Source: Paramoeba atlantica
Taxonomy: Eukaryota; Protista; Discosea
DNA length: 64,000 nt
Reading direction: 5' to 3'
Assembly: GCA_977017575.1 (NCBI GenBank)
Contig: CDRNVI010000040.1
Span: 124,001-188,000, forward strand
In this document: positions 32,492-44,619 of the stretch, piece by piece
Layout: every line of letters begins with the position of its first letter
Numbering within the stretch: the first letter of the stretch is position 1
The notes under the pieces: model-generated
Told to the model about the DNA's origin: nothing
The model's database searches: none
The model's input: the letters and a program-made list of their open reading frames with translations, nothing else
Made by a program: the position numbers and the translations under genes

Positions 32492-34081
32492 CTGGGCGGG
32501 GAGTTCAGGGGGGGATTGCAAATTTCTCTTTTGTGCCGAGAAGTGAGATTGGGTACTCTTTATTATTAGTTACCTTCATCCATTCCATGACTGCTGGTTC
32601 TCACGAAAACGAGGCGCCAGACAAAACGCGCACTCGTGGCCCTTCCATGCAGGGCATTGGACTGCGTATAGTGTACGCAGCGAGCCCCTTTCAAGGAGCT
32701 GAGCCAGACTGTCCGGGGAAGGCAAAATGTCGCCCTTCTCTGTAACCGCGCCATGAGTAAGGGGTGTTCGGGTTTACAGTTTGTAAATTTCTCTTCCGAA
32801 TCTCTTCCAAATCGAGTCACGTACTTCATGGAATCACTAAAAATGAGAATTGGGCTGTCAACGTGCAACTAGGAAAAATGAGAATGCGTCTCTGAATGGC
32901 CATCTCAACGTGCAACTCCATTTGAGAACCAAAAATGAGAAAGGCCAAAAAAGTTCCATACAGCTTCTGCACTTCCTCTTTATACCTAATATTACTCTCC
33001 CCCTATCCTAGCGTTGTCTCGTTTGCCTTCAGTGGAAAGAGCTACCGTTGCCGAGACTGGAAAAGAATTCATACGACTTGCAACGGCCCCGGTTCTTGGC
33101 AAAGGGGGGCTTCGAATGATGTGCTTGCTTATCGGCCAACGATTTTCTAGGGAATATTAAGACATAGGGATGATAATTCAAAGATCGTAATTTAATGACA
33201 CTCATAGCTAAAGCGTATAACAACATGGGATTAATTAATTGTTGAAATCACTAAAAAAATCATGAAAATTAAATTCGGGAAAAAGTGAATGGAAAAATGA
33301 ATTTCACTGTCTCACACTCATTCTCTTTCCGTAGAGTTCTTCTTGGGCTTCGCTAGGTTCATTAACAAAGTTGTTGACGTCAATGAGGACGTGCTGCTGA
33401 AGAGGGTTTTTATTTACTTTATTTTATATTCTTCCATGTACCTCCCTTTTTTGTGGGTACCATTTTTTTTCGAAAAAAGAAAATCAGTAAAAATGAGAAT
33501 CTATCCAATTTCTACTAAAAAAGTGCTGTCAACGTGCAACAGGTCAATTCTGAGAATTGTGACGAAAATCTGCAACAAAGTGCTCTTTTACGCGGGAATG
33601 TGCAACTGACGATTCTCAGAATGTTGACTTGTACTGTAATAGAAAGATGAGCGCCGCGAAGCGGCGCGCTTTTTTTTTTGAGGGTGGAAAAATTTTCACC
33701 CTCGACCTGAAACATGCTACCCCCCCCCCACTTATATTGCCGTTTGGTCGAAAACCGCGGCACTATAAGTGGGGGTGAGCACAGTAATAATAAACAATAT
33801 TGTGCTGTTCCGAGCGACGGTGAAGCAAGCTCTGTTTGAGCGGACGCGTTGTCAGATGATGATTTTTCCAATATTAGAACAAGTGATGCGACACTCAACG
33901 AAGCAAGATCTGAGGAAAATTCTTCTGAAACAGAAGCAAGCGAATCTTCTGGAACAGATGACTCCAATGAAACTGAGACAGAAGATAGCTCTGCAGGATC
34001 CTCGGAATTATCTCATCCGGATGTTTTTCTTGCTGCATTTAACAGATTAGGCTACCTTCATCCTTGCAAAGCTTCCATTAG

Positions 34082-34120
34082 AAACATTGATTATCAAGGT
34101 ACAGTTTCTGTACCTTGTTG
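34082..34120 (+). other. 39-nt spliced-leader-like sequence
   Basis: AAACATTGATTATCAAGGTACAGTTTCTGTACCTTGTTG has the canonical SL length and register; not followed by GT. Confidence 0.65.
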
Positions 34121-35659
34121 GCACATTTTCCTTTAGTTCATCTTTTCTTTCCCCGGCAACGGGCATAGTCTTGCTGTTTTATATGCCCGTTGCCGGCCGG
34201 CACTAAGGCCGAAACTGTCCCTCTTTCTCGGCGAAGCAGGGGACGCGTTTCCACCCCTTCACTCCTTCCCGGATCACTCTTTGAATGAGTTTACTTCCCT
34301 CCCCGGCTTTCTTACCTTCGCGCCTTTCCTTCCCGGGGAGCCATGCACCACGGTGGCCTCCCTTGAGGACCACTGGGCGTGGCTCTGACTCGTCTTATCG
34401 CGAGGCAGCGCTCGGTTGCAGTGCGCCTCTCCGGCTGCGTAAAGAGAGGGCGAGTTGCCTGGACCCCCTCTACCGACAGGGTCCGTGCTAAACGCCCTTG
34501 GTGCGACATCCGTCATTACGGATTGAGCCGATTTGCCCTTGTGTAAGATTGTAGGTGCACTTCCTCCAATTTTGAAGAGTGGATGTTAAGCACTCAGCGT
34601 CAAAAATGTGTGGAACGAGGAACTTTGGATGCCTTCACCGTGAAACCACAATTACAGGAATTTCAGCGACACCTCCTATGGAAAATCAATCATGGGGTTA
34701 GCAATGCTGCTTTGCAGGACCCAAACCTTAAGTGGCTTCTTACGAAGGGACTGCGCTGTGTTCCTGGGGAAAGTACGATCAACAACTTACTCAGCTTTTG
34801 ACACCCTGAACATGGGGAGCAAGGTCGGGACCTTCTCGTGGTCTTCCCTGACACTGCCATCTCACTGATGGTACAGACGCCGACCAACTAGTTCTCGGTA
34901 AGCTTTTGACACCCTCAACATGGAGCCTCCCTGAGACTGCCATCTCAGAAAAGGGTTTTCAACCCCGGAACTGCGAGCCGAACGCCAGGCCCCCGAGATG
35001 AGCACCCCTTACAACATCCAATACAATTTTGGGCTTCTTGAACCCCTTTTAGCCTCCCTTAAAAGTTTCTCCCTTAAAGTTTCTCCCTTAAAAAAGTTTC
35101 TCCCTTTAGCCTCCCTTAAAAGTTTCTCCCTTAAAGTTTCTCAAACACTTTAAAGTATTTATAGTACTATAAATGGCATTTATAGTACTATTTTTTTTTT
35201 GAAATACTATAAACTATATACAGTATATGTATATAAAGTTTTAGGGACCCCTGGTATTTTTTGTGCTAACCAATTGGGCTTTATAAGCTGATTTTCTTAT
35301 ACACGGTATCAGTCTAGATACTTACGCAATTGGCTTAATATCTTGCTCCGTCGATGTCCTATAATTTCAGTTTGAAAGACTGTTCTACCACTTGACGATC
35401 CATCTGAGAGGCATCGGCTAGCGCTCGAATTAACTGTCTTTTGTTTTCATGTAGCGCTCCTCCAGCTCAGACTGGAAGACACTGATATCGATCGGTGTGG
35501 AACATGCCTGATTGTGCGTAAGTCTTCATTTTACGTTGGATAAAACCGAGGATAAAACCGGGTACGTGGATAGTACCCGGTGAAAAAGTCGCCCCACGTC
35601 AAAAAGTACGCTGGGCGCCTAGATGGCAAGTTTGGGGTGCTATAGGAGTAGGGTGGAGA

Positions 35660-36183
35660 TACTGTGCCCCCCCTAGTTATCTATCACACGTCAACCCCCC
35701 TTTGTTATTCTTTTAAACTTTTTTTTATTCTTTTAGACCGCATAAGAGGGTTGAAACCTATGAAAGACAAAACCCGCATATTTCTCATTGACGTGGCGAA
35801 GAAAAATACTCCCCCCTAGTTATCTGTCACACGTCACCCCCCCCTAGTTATCTGTCACTTTTTGGCGCTTCGATTTTTTTTCGTCGACTACCCCCCTAGT
35901 TATCTGTCACTTTTTAAAAATAGCTAAAATAGCTTTTTCCAAAAAAAATCATAAAATGAAACTTCCAGTTTTTCTTTTTGTGTTTCAAGTGAATGGTCGT
36001 GCGTGGTACTATGATAAACCGTTTCTGTAATTCCATGTTCTGACTTTTTTTTGCGACAGACACCCTCCCTAGTTATCTGTCGCACACTGATCCGCCTAGT
36101 TATCTGTCACACCCCTACCCCCCCTAGTTATCTGTCACCTTTTCACGAAGAGTAGTGACAGATAAGTAGGGGGGGGTACAGTA
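35660..36183. mobile_element. Family-B-type MITE with 7 direct and 1 inverted CCTAGTTATCTGTCAC-type motifs; partial inverted copy at about 40262-40455
   Basis: TACTGTG(C)n...(G)nTACAGTA ends. Confidence 0.9.
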
Positions 36184-36199
36184 CTTCATTGTTCTGGAC

Positions 36200-36560
36200 T
36201 CTGCTTTGTCCATCACGAGAATGTCCTAATTACAACGTTACTAAAGGTACCTTTCCCACGGAATTGTATTTTTCATTAAGACGGGGCCACGGTATACACC
36301 GCACGTACCGCCAAGGAGTACACTGAAAACAGTTCCCCCAATTCACCAGACCTTTCCCCTATAGAAAACCTTTGATCAATGGTCCAAGAGGTAGTGGACG
36401 AGCAGAATCCAGGTAAACCTTCACTCATCCGATGCACGATGTATACGCAAGGCGTGGTCTCGTTTTCTACAAAAATGATTGATAAAACTTTTTTGAGTTT
36501 CGATATTCGCCTCAAAGCGTGTACAAAATTGAATGGCGAAAAAGCGAAAAAATGATAAAT
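36200..36560 (+). pseudogene. Tc1/mariner transposase relic
   Basis: FH*DGATVYTAR and PNSPDLSPIENL*. Confidence 0.75.
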
Positions 36561-36947
36561 GTATTATAAATAAAAACCATCCTTAAAGATATTTTTGATT
36601 CCAGTTTTTAGCACGCAAAGTCTTTGTGTTGAGATCTTCAAAATGCAACAAAAATCAGCTCAAACGGTCACTTGGCTGCAAAGTTCGTGAGGGCGGGGGT
36701 GAATTTTCGCTGTGGAGGGTTTAAATACGTCAATTTCACAACGTTCGTTTTTGTGAACGCAAGTTCATAAAAAAATCACCCCTCCCCTAGCTCAGCAGCA
36801 CCCGGATGCACCCACCTGTTTCAACCCTCTTAGTAGCCTACGGGAATTATCTACTTGAATTTTGACAAAGCTTTAAAGAATACGACTGAATATTCAGCTA
36901 TTAAATGAATACTCCAGTATCTCACTTCTAAACTATTTTACTTCCAC

Positions 36948-38378
36948 ATGTCGTCTTTTAGCTCCATTGTCCCACAGATCGACCCCAACGTACTCCGTAC
37001 GTTACACACTGAGTTCAAATTCACAAGCCCCACTCAAATTCAGTCGTCCGCTCTCCCTGCGCTATTATCTGGGCGCAGTTGTAGCGTGCAAGCCGAAACG
37101 GGCGGGGGTAAAACGCTCTGCTTTCTTATACCGATCGTTTCTCGCTTACAGCAACATAAGCGCAGTGCAGATCCATGTCCATACGCCATCGTACTATCAC
37201 CCACTCGAGAGCTATCATTACAAACTGAAAAAGTTTTGGAAAAACTTTTGACGGGGTTCGATGGAAGAATCAAATGGGTCACTGTCATCGGGGGTACGAA
37301 AAAGTCACAGGACCACGCTCGGCTGCTGAAGGCCAATATTGTCATTGGGTGTCCGGGGCGTGTGTTGGACCACATGCAGTCTTTCACGGCATGGAAATTT
37401 CCTTCCCTCAAAGTATTCTGCCTGGATGAGGCAGATCGCATTCTTGACAGCGGCTTTGAAGAGCACGTCACCCAAATTCTCTCAAAGCTCCCGAAAACAG
37501 ATCTCCAGCTCATGCTCTTTTCCGCCACCCAGGACCACACAGCACGTGACGCCATGCAACGTGTGATTCAACAATTCGGCACCCTCGAGCACATTTCCAC
37601 CCACAAGAACGCCTCCGATGTCTGTCACCGTCTCGCCCACGGCTTCGTCGCGGTCCCCCCGGAACACAAATTCCTCCTGCTCTACACGTTACTCAAAAAA
37701 TACCACAGGAGTGGACAAAAAGTGCTGGTCTTTGTGGCCACCTGTAACCAAGTACGCTACTTTGCGGATCTCTTGAACTACCTGGACATCCCGTGTACCC
37801 CGCTGCATGGCCAGATGCGGCAGTCGACCCGCACCTCCACGTTCCACCAGTTCTGTGCGGCCAGCCACGGGGTGACGCTGCTGACTACGGATGTCGCGGC
37901 CCGCGGGCTGGACTTCCCCGCGGTGGATTGGGTGGTCCAGCTGGATGCGCCGGAGAGTGTGACGAAGTATGTCCACCGGGTGGGCCGCACCGCCCGGGGG
38001 GAACAGGGCTGTGGCAACGCACTGCTGATGCTGAGCCCCCAGGAAACGCCGTTTTTGGATTTTTTAACGGCGAAATTGACGAATCCACTGCAGCAGTATG
38101 CGATGGATACGAAAAAACTGAATGTGGCACTGCAAATGGAGTTGCAATCGCTCGTAGGGAAGAATTACTATTTGAGAAGAAGCGCGCATGAGGCGTATAA
38201 GTCGTTTCTGCAGAGCTACGCGACGCACTCGCTGAAAGTGGTGTTTGACGTGTACGCGTTGGATTTGTCCAAGGTAGCGACGGGGTTCGGGATGGAGACG
38301 GCTCCCATTGTGGATTTAGGGTTATCCGAGAGCTCGTTGAGGAAAAAGCGTGCGAAAAGAGTTCGACATGATGAATAG
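36948..38378 (+). CDS. HAS1: DEAD-box RNA helicase HAS1/DDX18
   Basis: DEAD, FSAT, HRVGRTARG; C-terminal KNYYLRRSAHEAYKSFLQSYATH. Confidence 0.88.
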   Translation: MSSFSSIVPQIDPNVLRTLHTEFKFTSPTQIQSSALPALLSGRSCSVQAETGGGKTLCFLIPIVSRLQQHKRSADPCPYAIVLSPTRELSLQTEKVLEKLLTGFDGRIKWVTVIGGTKKSQDHARLLKANIVIGCPGRVLDHMQSFTAWKFPSLKVFCLDEADRILDSGFEEHVTQILSKLPKTDLQLMLFSATQDHTARDAMQRVIQQFGTLEHISTHKNASDVCHRLAHGFVAVPPEHKFLLLYTLLKKYHRSGQKVLVFVATCNQVRYFADLLNYLDIPCTPLHGQMRQSTRTSTFHQFCAASHGVTLLTTDVAARGLDFPAVDWVVQLDAPESVTKYVHRVGRTARGEQGCGNALLMLSPQETPFLDFLTAKLTNPLQQYAMDTKKLNVALQMELQSLVGKNYYLRRSAHEAYKSFLQSYATHSLKVVFDVYALDLSKVATGFGMETAPIVDLGLSESSLRKKRAKRVRHDE

Positions 38379-38675
38379 GTGTGACTTCACCAACAGTTGT
38401 TTATTGCTTCCGTGGAGATGTCGCATCTATTTTGAGGAATATACACTCCACAAGATAAAGGGAAGGAGTAAAGATTCACTTACAGAGCTCAAGTACAGAG
38501 CGCTGGTTTTTTTAAAGATACGTCTTGTTTACCTAAAACGTACGTACGATATTTCAAGCTGGTATTCTTGTATGGTGTACTCATGCCGGATTTGAAGGTT
38601 CGATTCCTTTAATAATATTTCACTCAGCTTCTTTTGACCATACCTTTCAAAAAAAGACTTTTCTCTTTTTTCATA

Positions 38676-38873
38676 ATGTCGGCAAAATATGTATTTGCTG
38701 GATTAGTTGCGGTGCCCGTCATTATGATCGGGTCGAAGATAGTTCGAATGAATGCAATCGAAGACTACGAAAAGCACTTGGACATGCACCGTCGAGGGCA
38801 ATTCTCGTATAAAAGCACGATTTTGCATAAGTATCATCTTGATCAACTTCGAAAACTTGCTGATGCGAAATAG
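38676..38873 (+). CDS. Small single-TM hypothetical protein
   Basis: ATG after a pyrimidine tract; hydrophobic N-terminal helix. Confidence 0.5.
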   Translation: MSAKYVFAGLVAVPVIMIGSKIVRMNAIEDYEKHLDMHRRGQFSYKSTILHKYHLDQLRKLADAK

Positions 38874-40533
38874 TAGTTGTATTTGAAGAACTCCATTTGG
38901 CAGTTTCATGCATTAAGTAATGTTCTTTTTGATTCCTTAATCTCTTAGGAATTACTTAAAGCATACTTTAGCATACTTGAAGCTAAGCCAGTCTAACTCA
39001 AATGGGAGCATATGGAGAACACTTCTTTCTGTTCTTATGTTGGCGAAATGTTGCAAGTTTGAGAGATTCCGCATCGCGATGGAAGGACCGACGTTTTTGG
39101 CTGAAATTACTCAGGAGTATACGAAAATGTATCGAAGGATACATTTGAGTACTGAAGGATATAATGAGCTATGCATCCTCTTGGATGACGGTCGAGCCGT
39201 TTTCGCGTATGTTAGTGCGGTTTGTATGCTTATGGAGATGTGTTTGGGGCGGGATTCAGGCTCCTCAGCTTAGACTCGAGAATACAAGCTATGCACCATT
39301 CTTCTGACGAAATGTCCTTTGACATCAAGTAAAAGTCTTTATTTATCTTACAGTAAAAGGTCCTATTTACCTAAGTAAAAGGTCTTTCTTTATCTTACAC
39401 TAGAGTAGACTTTTCTTTACAATTTTGAATTTTCGATACATAAACTTTCCGGAATTTGACTTTTTTAATTCGTCAACCTCCAATTCGGAGGTTTGAACTG
39501 TACGTGGGGGGGGGGCTGTGAGCCTGTTGGACGTCCACGTTTCTTCGTACGTGGAGAAGGAGCATTGCCAGCAGAATAAAAGACTATTGGGGACTGCAAG
39601 GTCATCGAACGAGCAATGAGTTCGATGAGTGGAGTGCAGCACGTCCTGTTCGAGGAACGGAAACGCGAAGAAGATGTATCGATTTTTCGTTGAAGAGTCA
39701 ACGAACTGGCACTCAGTTCATTGAACGTTGAACGAGCGGTTTTCGGAAACGTTTTTTAGTAAGCAAGGTTAATGGTAAGCGAAACGGTAAGAGCCCTGGC
39801 GCGTACCAACAGGGACGGTAAGGACAGAAACAGTATCTTTAGGTCTTGAAGGATTAGTGCCTTGCATGTAAGAAAATTTCAGTGCCCAACACATTTTTTT
39901 ACCAGTCAGTTCTTGTTTTTTTAGCCAGCCAGGTTGAGCTCTGAGTCTCAGCAAAAAATACTGTATAATATACAGTATTTTTTTGTTCCTTATACTCTAA
40001 TGCACAAAAAAAGTACTGCCTGTGTACGGGTATTTAATATCCCTCGTAGTCCGATGCACAACTGACGGAACTCACTTACTCAAATTCTTCGGGGGGGGGA
40101 AGACCATAGTTGTCTTGAATGCACTTCATGACGCAAGAAACGAATTACAGAAACGGTTTATCATAGCACCACGCACGACCATTCGCTTGAAACACAAAAA
40201 GAAAAATTGTAAGTTTCTTTTTGTGATTTTTTTTTGGAAACAGCCATTTTACCTACTATTTTTAAAAAGTGACACATAACTAGGGGGGTAGTCGACGAAA
40301 AAAAATCGAAGCGCCAAAAAGTGACAGATAACTAGGGGGGGTGACGTGTGACAGATAACTAGGGGGGAGTACTTTTCTTCGCCACGTCAATGAGAAATAT
40401 GCGGGTTTTGTCTTTCATAGGTTTCAACCCTCTTATGCGGTCTGAAAGAATATAACCGAGTGATGCCAATACCGGATTTTTCACGACACGAACTCTTTTA
40501 CTTGTCTCTTCATCCTCTCTCCCCACCACCACC

Positions 40534-41436
40534 ATGCCCCTTAAACCCCTCCACCGCCCCTGGTTCCGTTTCGCTCTCGGTTTCACCACCGCCCTCACCA
40601 CCACCACCGCCCTGGTCTACACCCCTGTCCAGGCCTCCTCCCCTTCCCCCCCTCCCCCTCCCCCTGCCCTCTCCCCCTCCACCTACACCCCCCTCCCCCT
40701 CCTCCACGCCACCTACGAGTCCCCGGACACGAAACGGCTCCGTCTCGCGCTCCCCGACCCCGACACCCCCGCCCCCACCCCCCCGGCCTGCTGCGTCGTG
40801 CTGCGCTACGTGACCCCCGAGGGCACCGAGGTCGTGCGCCCCTACACCCCCCTGAGCGGCCCCCCCTCCCGCGGCGCCCTCGAGCTCCTGGTGAAGCGCT
40901 ACCCCGACAGCCGCATGGGGTCCCACCTGTTCGGGATGCGGCCCGGGGACGCGGTGGAGGTGAAGGGACCGTTCGTGAAGTTCCCCTACGAGCGGAACAG
41001 GTGGAGGGAGGTGGGGATGGTCGCCGCGGGGACGGGGGTGACCCCGATGGTGCAGCTGATGAGGGCGATCGCAGCGGACCCGGAGGACCGGACCCGGGTG
41101 AGGCTGATCTACAGCTGCAGGGGGGAGGAGGATGTGCTGCTGGCGAGGGAGCTGGCGGAGCTCGGGCGGCGGGAGAATTTCTATGTGTATATTACGTTGT
41201 CGAGGCCGAAGAAGGGGTGGAGTGGGGGGCTGGGCCATGTGAATCCGGATATGATACGGAATGTGCTGCCACAGCCGGGGGCGCGGGATGCGGTGACGCT
41301 GGTGTGTGGGCCTCCGGGGTTTATGGAGGCGATATCGGGGGACAGGGATTTTACCACCACACCCTCGCGTCAGGGTGCGCTCAGGGGGCTGTTGCGAGAG
41401 GCAAAATACGCCCCCCATGAGGTATTTAAGTTTTGA
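40534..41436 (+). CDS. NADH-cytochrome b5 reductase family protein
   Basis: RPYTP, VKRY...GRM-like, GPF, AAGTGVTPM, CGPPGFM. Confidence 0.92.
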   Translation: MPLKPLHRPWFRFALGFTTALTTTTALVYTPVQASSPSPPPPPPALSPSTYTPLPLLHATYESPDTKRLRLALPDPDTPAPTPPACCVVLRYVTPEGTEVVRPYTPLSGPPSRGALELLVKRYPDSRMGSHLFGMRPGDAVEVKGPFVKFPYERNRWREVGMVAAGTGVTPMVQLMRAIAADPEDRTRVRLIYSCRGEEDVLLARELAELGRRENFYVYITLSRPKKGWSGGLGHVNPDMIRNVLPQPGARDAVTLVCGPPGFMEAISGDRDFTTTPSRQGALRGLLREAKYAPHEVFKF

Positions 41437-41630
41437 GTGTAGTTTTTGTACATTTTGGAAACTAATACATGGAAAATCAAAACATGTTGGGTCTTAGTAA
41501 AACTGAGTCAACGTGATCGGGGCTTGTTTCGATATTTCGGTACTGTGATCCCCCCTTTCTTCTAGTCAGTATTTCGTTTAGTTTCTTATGTACATTTTTG
41601 CGTGATTACTATCTTGAATTATAGAGGAAA

Positions 41631-42035
41631 ATGTACGTGACGAGCGTTTTTCTATGCAGAGAACTTCCCAAAATTCTCAGTGCAGTAGCCACTTCGCCTG
41701 TTATAGATCAGGCGAGAAAGGACACAGATCTTGAAGGCAAACGCAAGCGTCTCCTTTTTCAAAGCACGTACAGGGGAATGGCCGAAATGGATTACTATAT
41801 TGGAAATTTTGCCACCGCATATTTGCCCACTATGACATCCAAGGAACTGAACGAGTGGGATGTGATCCTGCAAACTTCAGATCGCGATTTGTATAAATTC
41901 CTAATTATGCGTCAAAAGAAAGAAGTTCCTGAGACTTTGCAGTCCAGCTCTGTTTGGAAGAAACTGTTGGAATGTGGACCAGAACTTGTGAACGAAAATA
42001 TGGACCGCATTAAAATTAACTACAAGCTTACGTAA
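41631..42035 (+). CDS. SDHAF2: Succinate dehydrogenase assembly factor 2 (Sdh5)
   Basis: RKRLLFQSTYRGMAEMD...FA; SDRDLY. Confidence 0.88.
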   Translation: MYVTSVFLCRELPKILSAVATSPVIDQARKDTDLEGKRKRLLFQSTYRGMAEMDYYIGNFATAYLPTMTSKELNEWDVILQTSDRDLYKFLIMRQKKEVPETLQSSSVWKKLLECGPELVNENMDRIKINYKLT

Positions 42036-42169
42036 GCTTTACGTGAACAGTTTTTATTGGAAGAAAATCCATCATTAATCAGCCGTCCTAAATAGATTCC
42101 TCGTCTCATAAAAATCAATTTTTTATTCAAGTTATTAGAGGACAAAAGTCGAGATTTTAAATATTTTTC

Positions 42170-42607
42170 ATGGTTCGATTGCGGCCGGGCACCCGAAAGG
42201 TACCGACAGGATTCTCTAAAGTCGAGGACCGTTTGACAGAATTTGAGGACGAGATGCGCGAGGTTGTGTTAGCACCATCGGGACACGTTCCGAAGTCACA
42301 AAGCACGTGGCCTGTGCTTCGTGTGTCGAGAGAGCGCACACGATATTTATTTCACGCCCACCGGGACGAGGAAATTGACGATGAGACGTTACAATTCTGT
42401 ATCAACCAAGGCTTTGCGGAGTCCTCTCTGATCGATAAATGGTCCACGCGTGGGTATGAATCCCTTTGCTGCGTGCGCTGCATAGATACGAAAAACTCAA
42501 ATTTCCGGACGGTCTGTCGTTGTCGCGTTCCCCACTCTGGAAATAGTGACGATACATTTACAGGTTGTTCCTTATGCGGGTGTAAAGGGTGTTCCTCCGG
42601 TAGCTAG
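42170..42607 (+). CDS. BUD31: Splicing factor BUD31/G10
   Basis: WPVLR...ERTRY, GYESLCCVRC, CRVP, CGCKGCSSG. Confidence 0.92.
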   Translation: MVRLRPGTRKVPTGFSKVEDRLTEFEDEMREVVLAPSGHVPKSQSTWPVLRVSRERTRYLFHAHRDEEIDDETLQFCINQGFAESSLIDKWSTRGYESLCCVRCIDTKNSNFRTVCRCRVPHSGNSDDTFTGCSLCGCKGCSSGS

Positions 42608-42831
42608 ATGGCCAGAGAGGGCTAAAAGAAAGGCCTACTAAACGTTTGTGAGTCAGGCATCTTTTTGTTAGGCGGATGCCTTAGATCTCTTTAATGACAT
42701 TATTTTAATAGTTCTTCAGCTCTTTTTGTATCAACCACTTTTACAAACACATGTTATTTCCTTCGATTCTTTTGATTAGAACCTTGTTTCCTTAAAACGC
42801 TTTATCCCCCGAGGAAACTCTACCTACATAA

Positions 42832-43161
42832 ATGGCAATCAAACGACGTAACCATGGCCGCAGTAAAATGGGCTGTGGCCACACCAAACCGGTCCACTGT
42901 GTGAACTGTGGTCGACTCACCCCGAAGGACAAGGCTGTGAAGCGATTTGTGGTGCGCAACATGGTAGAGGCCGCCGCTGTGCGTGACATCAGTGACGCCA
43001 GCGTGGTGTACAACACCAGCACTGTGTTTCTCCCTAAAGTTTACATGAAACAGCGTTACTGTGTGAGCTGTGCGATTCACCACCGGATTGTGCGGCCCCG
43101 AAGCCACACCCTACGTCGCGTGCGCACCCCGCCGGTACGAGCACGACCGAAGCAAAAGTAA
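42832..43161 (+). CDS. RPS26: 40S ribosomal protein S26
   Basis: [30 protein letters not shown]. Confidence 0.97.
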   Translation: MAIKRRNHGRSKMGCGHTKPVHCVNCGRLTPKDKAVKRFVVRNMVEAAAVRDISDASVVYNTSTVFLPKVYMKQRYCVSCAIHHRIVRPRSHTLRRVRTPPVRARPKQK

Positions 43162-43393
43162 GAGGTAAAATATGGGGTGGGGTGAAATCTTGTTGAAGTA
43201 AAGTAGCAAAGGACTTGTGGAAGTGGAAAGGGACCTGCATGACCCTGTTCTACAAGGAAAGAAGATAGGTGAGAAGAAAGAATGAAAATGTAAAGTTAAA
43301 AAACTTATTTCTGTACAACGTACGACAAACTCATAGGATAAATATCACGTTAAAATGAGAAAATAGTGCTTGACGAAGCATGAACCACAATGA

Positions 43394-43855
43394 ATGAAGT
43401 ACACTAGATCTTTTCTCTTATTCTTCATACGGTGTTTTATGTTTACACTCTCATTAAACCGCTTCAAAGCTGCACCTGCGCTGAGTACGAAACGTAAAAA
43501 GGGTCCGCCTCCGCTGAAGTTCGGCGCACAACTGAGTTGTGCGCTTTGCTTCTCGCGGTACCGAACCATGGAGGATTTCACCGCACACAAGACACTCTCC
43601 ACGCACACCTCCCGTTTGCAGTGGCGGGAAATGGAGGAGTGGTACAACACAGAGGGGCAGAAATTCCTTCAAGATAAGGAGGAGAAGGAATTTCAGCAAT
43701 TTGGTAACGAACGAGGAGGGCGACGTTCCCGAATGAACTTCACCTCGAGGTTTCATCCCGATGTGCTGCCGCCTAAGATTGCCCCGCCTGCCTCAGATAT
43801 TGTGGAGCCTAAAGATAAGCGGTGGCCTTTTGAGACTAGAGCAAAGGGGACATGA
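43394..43855 (+). CDS. Hypothetical C2H2-type zinc-finger protein
   Basis: CALCFSRYRTMEDFTAHKTLSTH; start codon uncertain. Confidence 0.6.
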   Translation: MKYTRSFLLFFIRCFMFTLSLNRFKAAPALSTKRKKGPPPLKFGAQLSCALCFSRYRTMEDFTAHKTLSTHTSRLQWREMEEWYNTEGQKFLQDKEEKEFQQFGNERGGRRSRMNFTSRFHPDVLPPKIAPPASDIVEPKDKRWPFETRAKGT

Positions 43856-44061
43856 GGCGAGATTGGTTCTTTGAGTGCTTGGCTTTCTTTTAGTCATGTA
43901 TTCTTGTAAAATCATTCCTAAGAACCCTTACACACATGCATGTAGAACCAGTTCCAAATTCTCTTAAAAAACGAATTTGTACGAATACCAAGTTGGGCCT
44001 ATTTACTTGTTTTTTTTTCACAGCCTGTTTTTCTTTTTGCTACCCCTCTCTCCCCACCTCC

Positions 44062-44619
44062 ATGAGTCAAGACTACGTTGAGTTGTGTTCCCACGTCCTA
44101 CAATGGCACTGTGCGGCGAACGACAACGCCCAAACCAGCCCCCTCCGCACCTCCTTCCACAGCTGTCGCGTCCCCCCGATCAGCATCTCCGACTACGTGA
44201 GTCGCATCCAGCGGTACAGCAAGTGCAGCCCGGAGTGCCTGGTGCTCGCCCTGGTCTATATCGACCGGTTCCTGCGGGAGACGAAAACGAGTCTAAGTTT
44301 TTTCAACGCCCACCGGCTGATTCTCATCGCCGTGATGGTCGCCGCGAAACTCCGGGATGACATTTACTACAGCAACGGGTACTATGGCCATATTGGGGGG
44401 ATACCCCGGGAGGAGGTGAATAAACTCGAGCTCACGTTCCTGACGACGTGTGACTGGACGCTGTGGGTGGATCCCGAGCTGTTCCGCGCGTATGTCCAGA
44501 ACTCCATGCGAAAGATCCAACTAAAGCCCACGCCGCTGGGGGCGGGTTTGCCGATTCCGGCACAGTGTTTAGCCCCGTTTTCGGTGCCTTCTCGTAATGC
44601 GCACTTTGTGGATAGATAG
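44062..44619 (+). CDS. PHO80/U-type cyclin (CYC2-like)
   Basis: PPISISDYVSRIQRYSKCSPEC, HRLILIAVMVAAKLRDD, NKLELTFL. Confidence 0.9.
   Translation: MSQDYVELCSHVLQWHCAANDNAQTSPLRTSFHSCRVPPISISDYVSRIQRYSKCSPECLVLALVYIDRFLRETKTSLSFFNAHRLILIAVMVAAKLRDDIYYSNGYYGHIGGIPREEVNKLELTFLTTCDWTLWVDPELFRAYVQNSMRKIQLKPTPLGAGLPIPAQCLAPFSVPSRNAHFVDR

Noticed and set aside
35300-35600. Additional transposase relics (also 39440-39950)
   Set aside because: Only weak single-motif resemblance.
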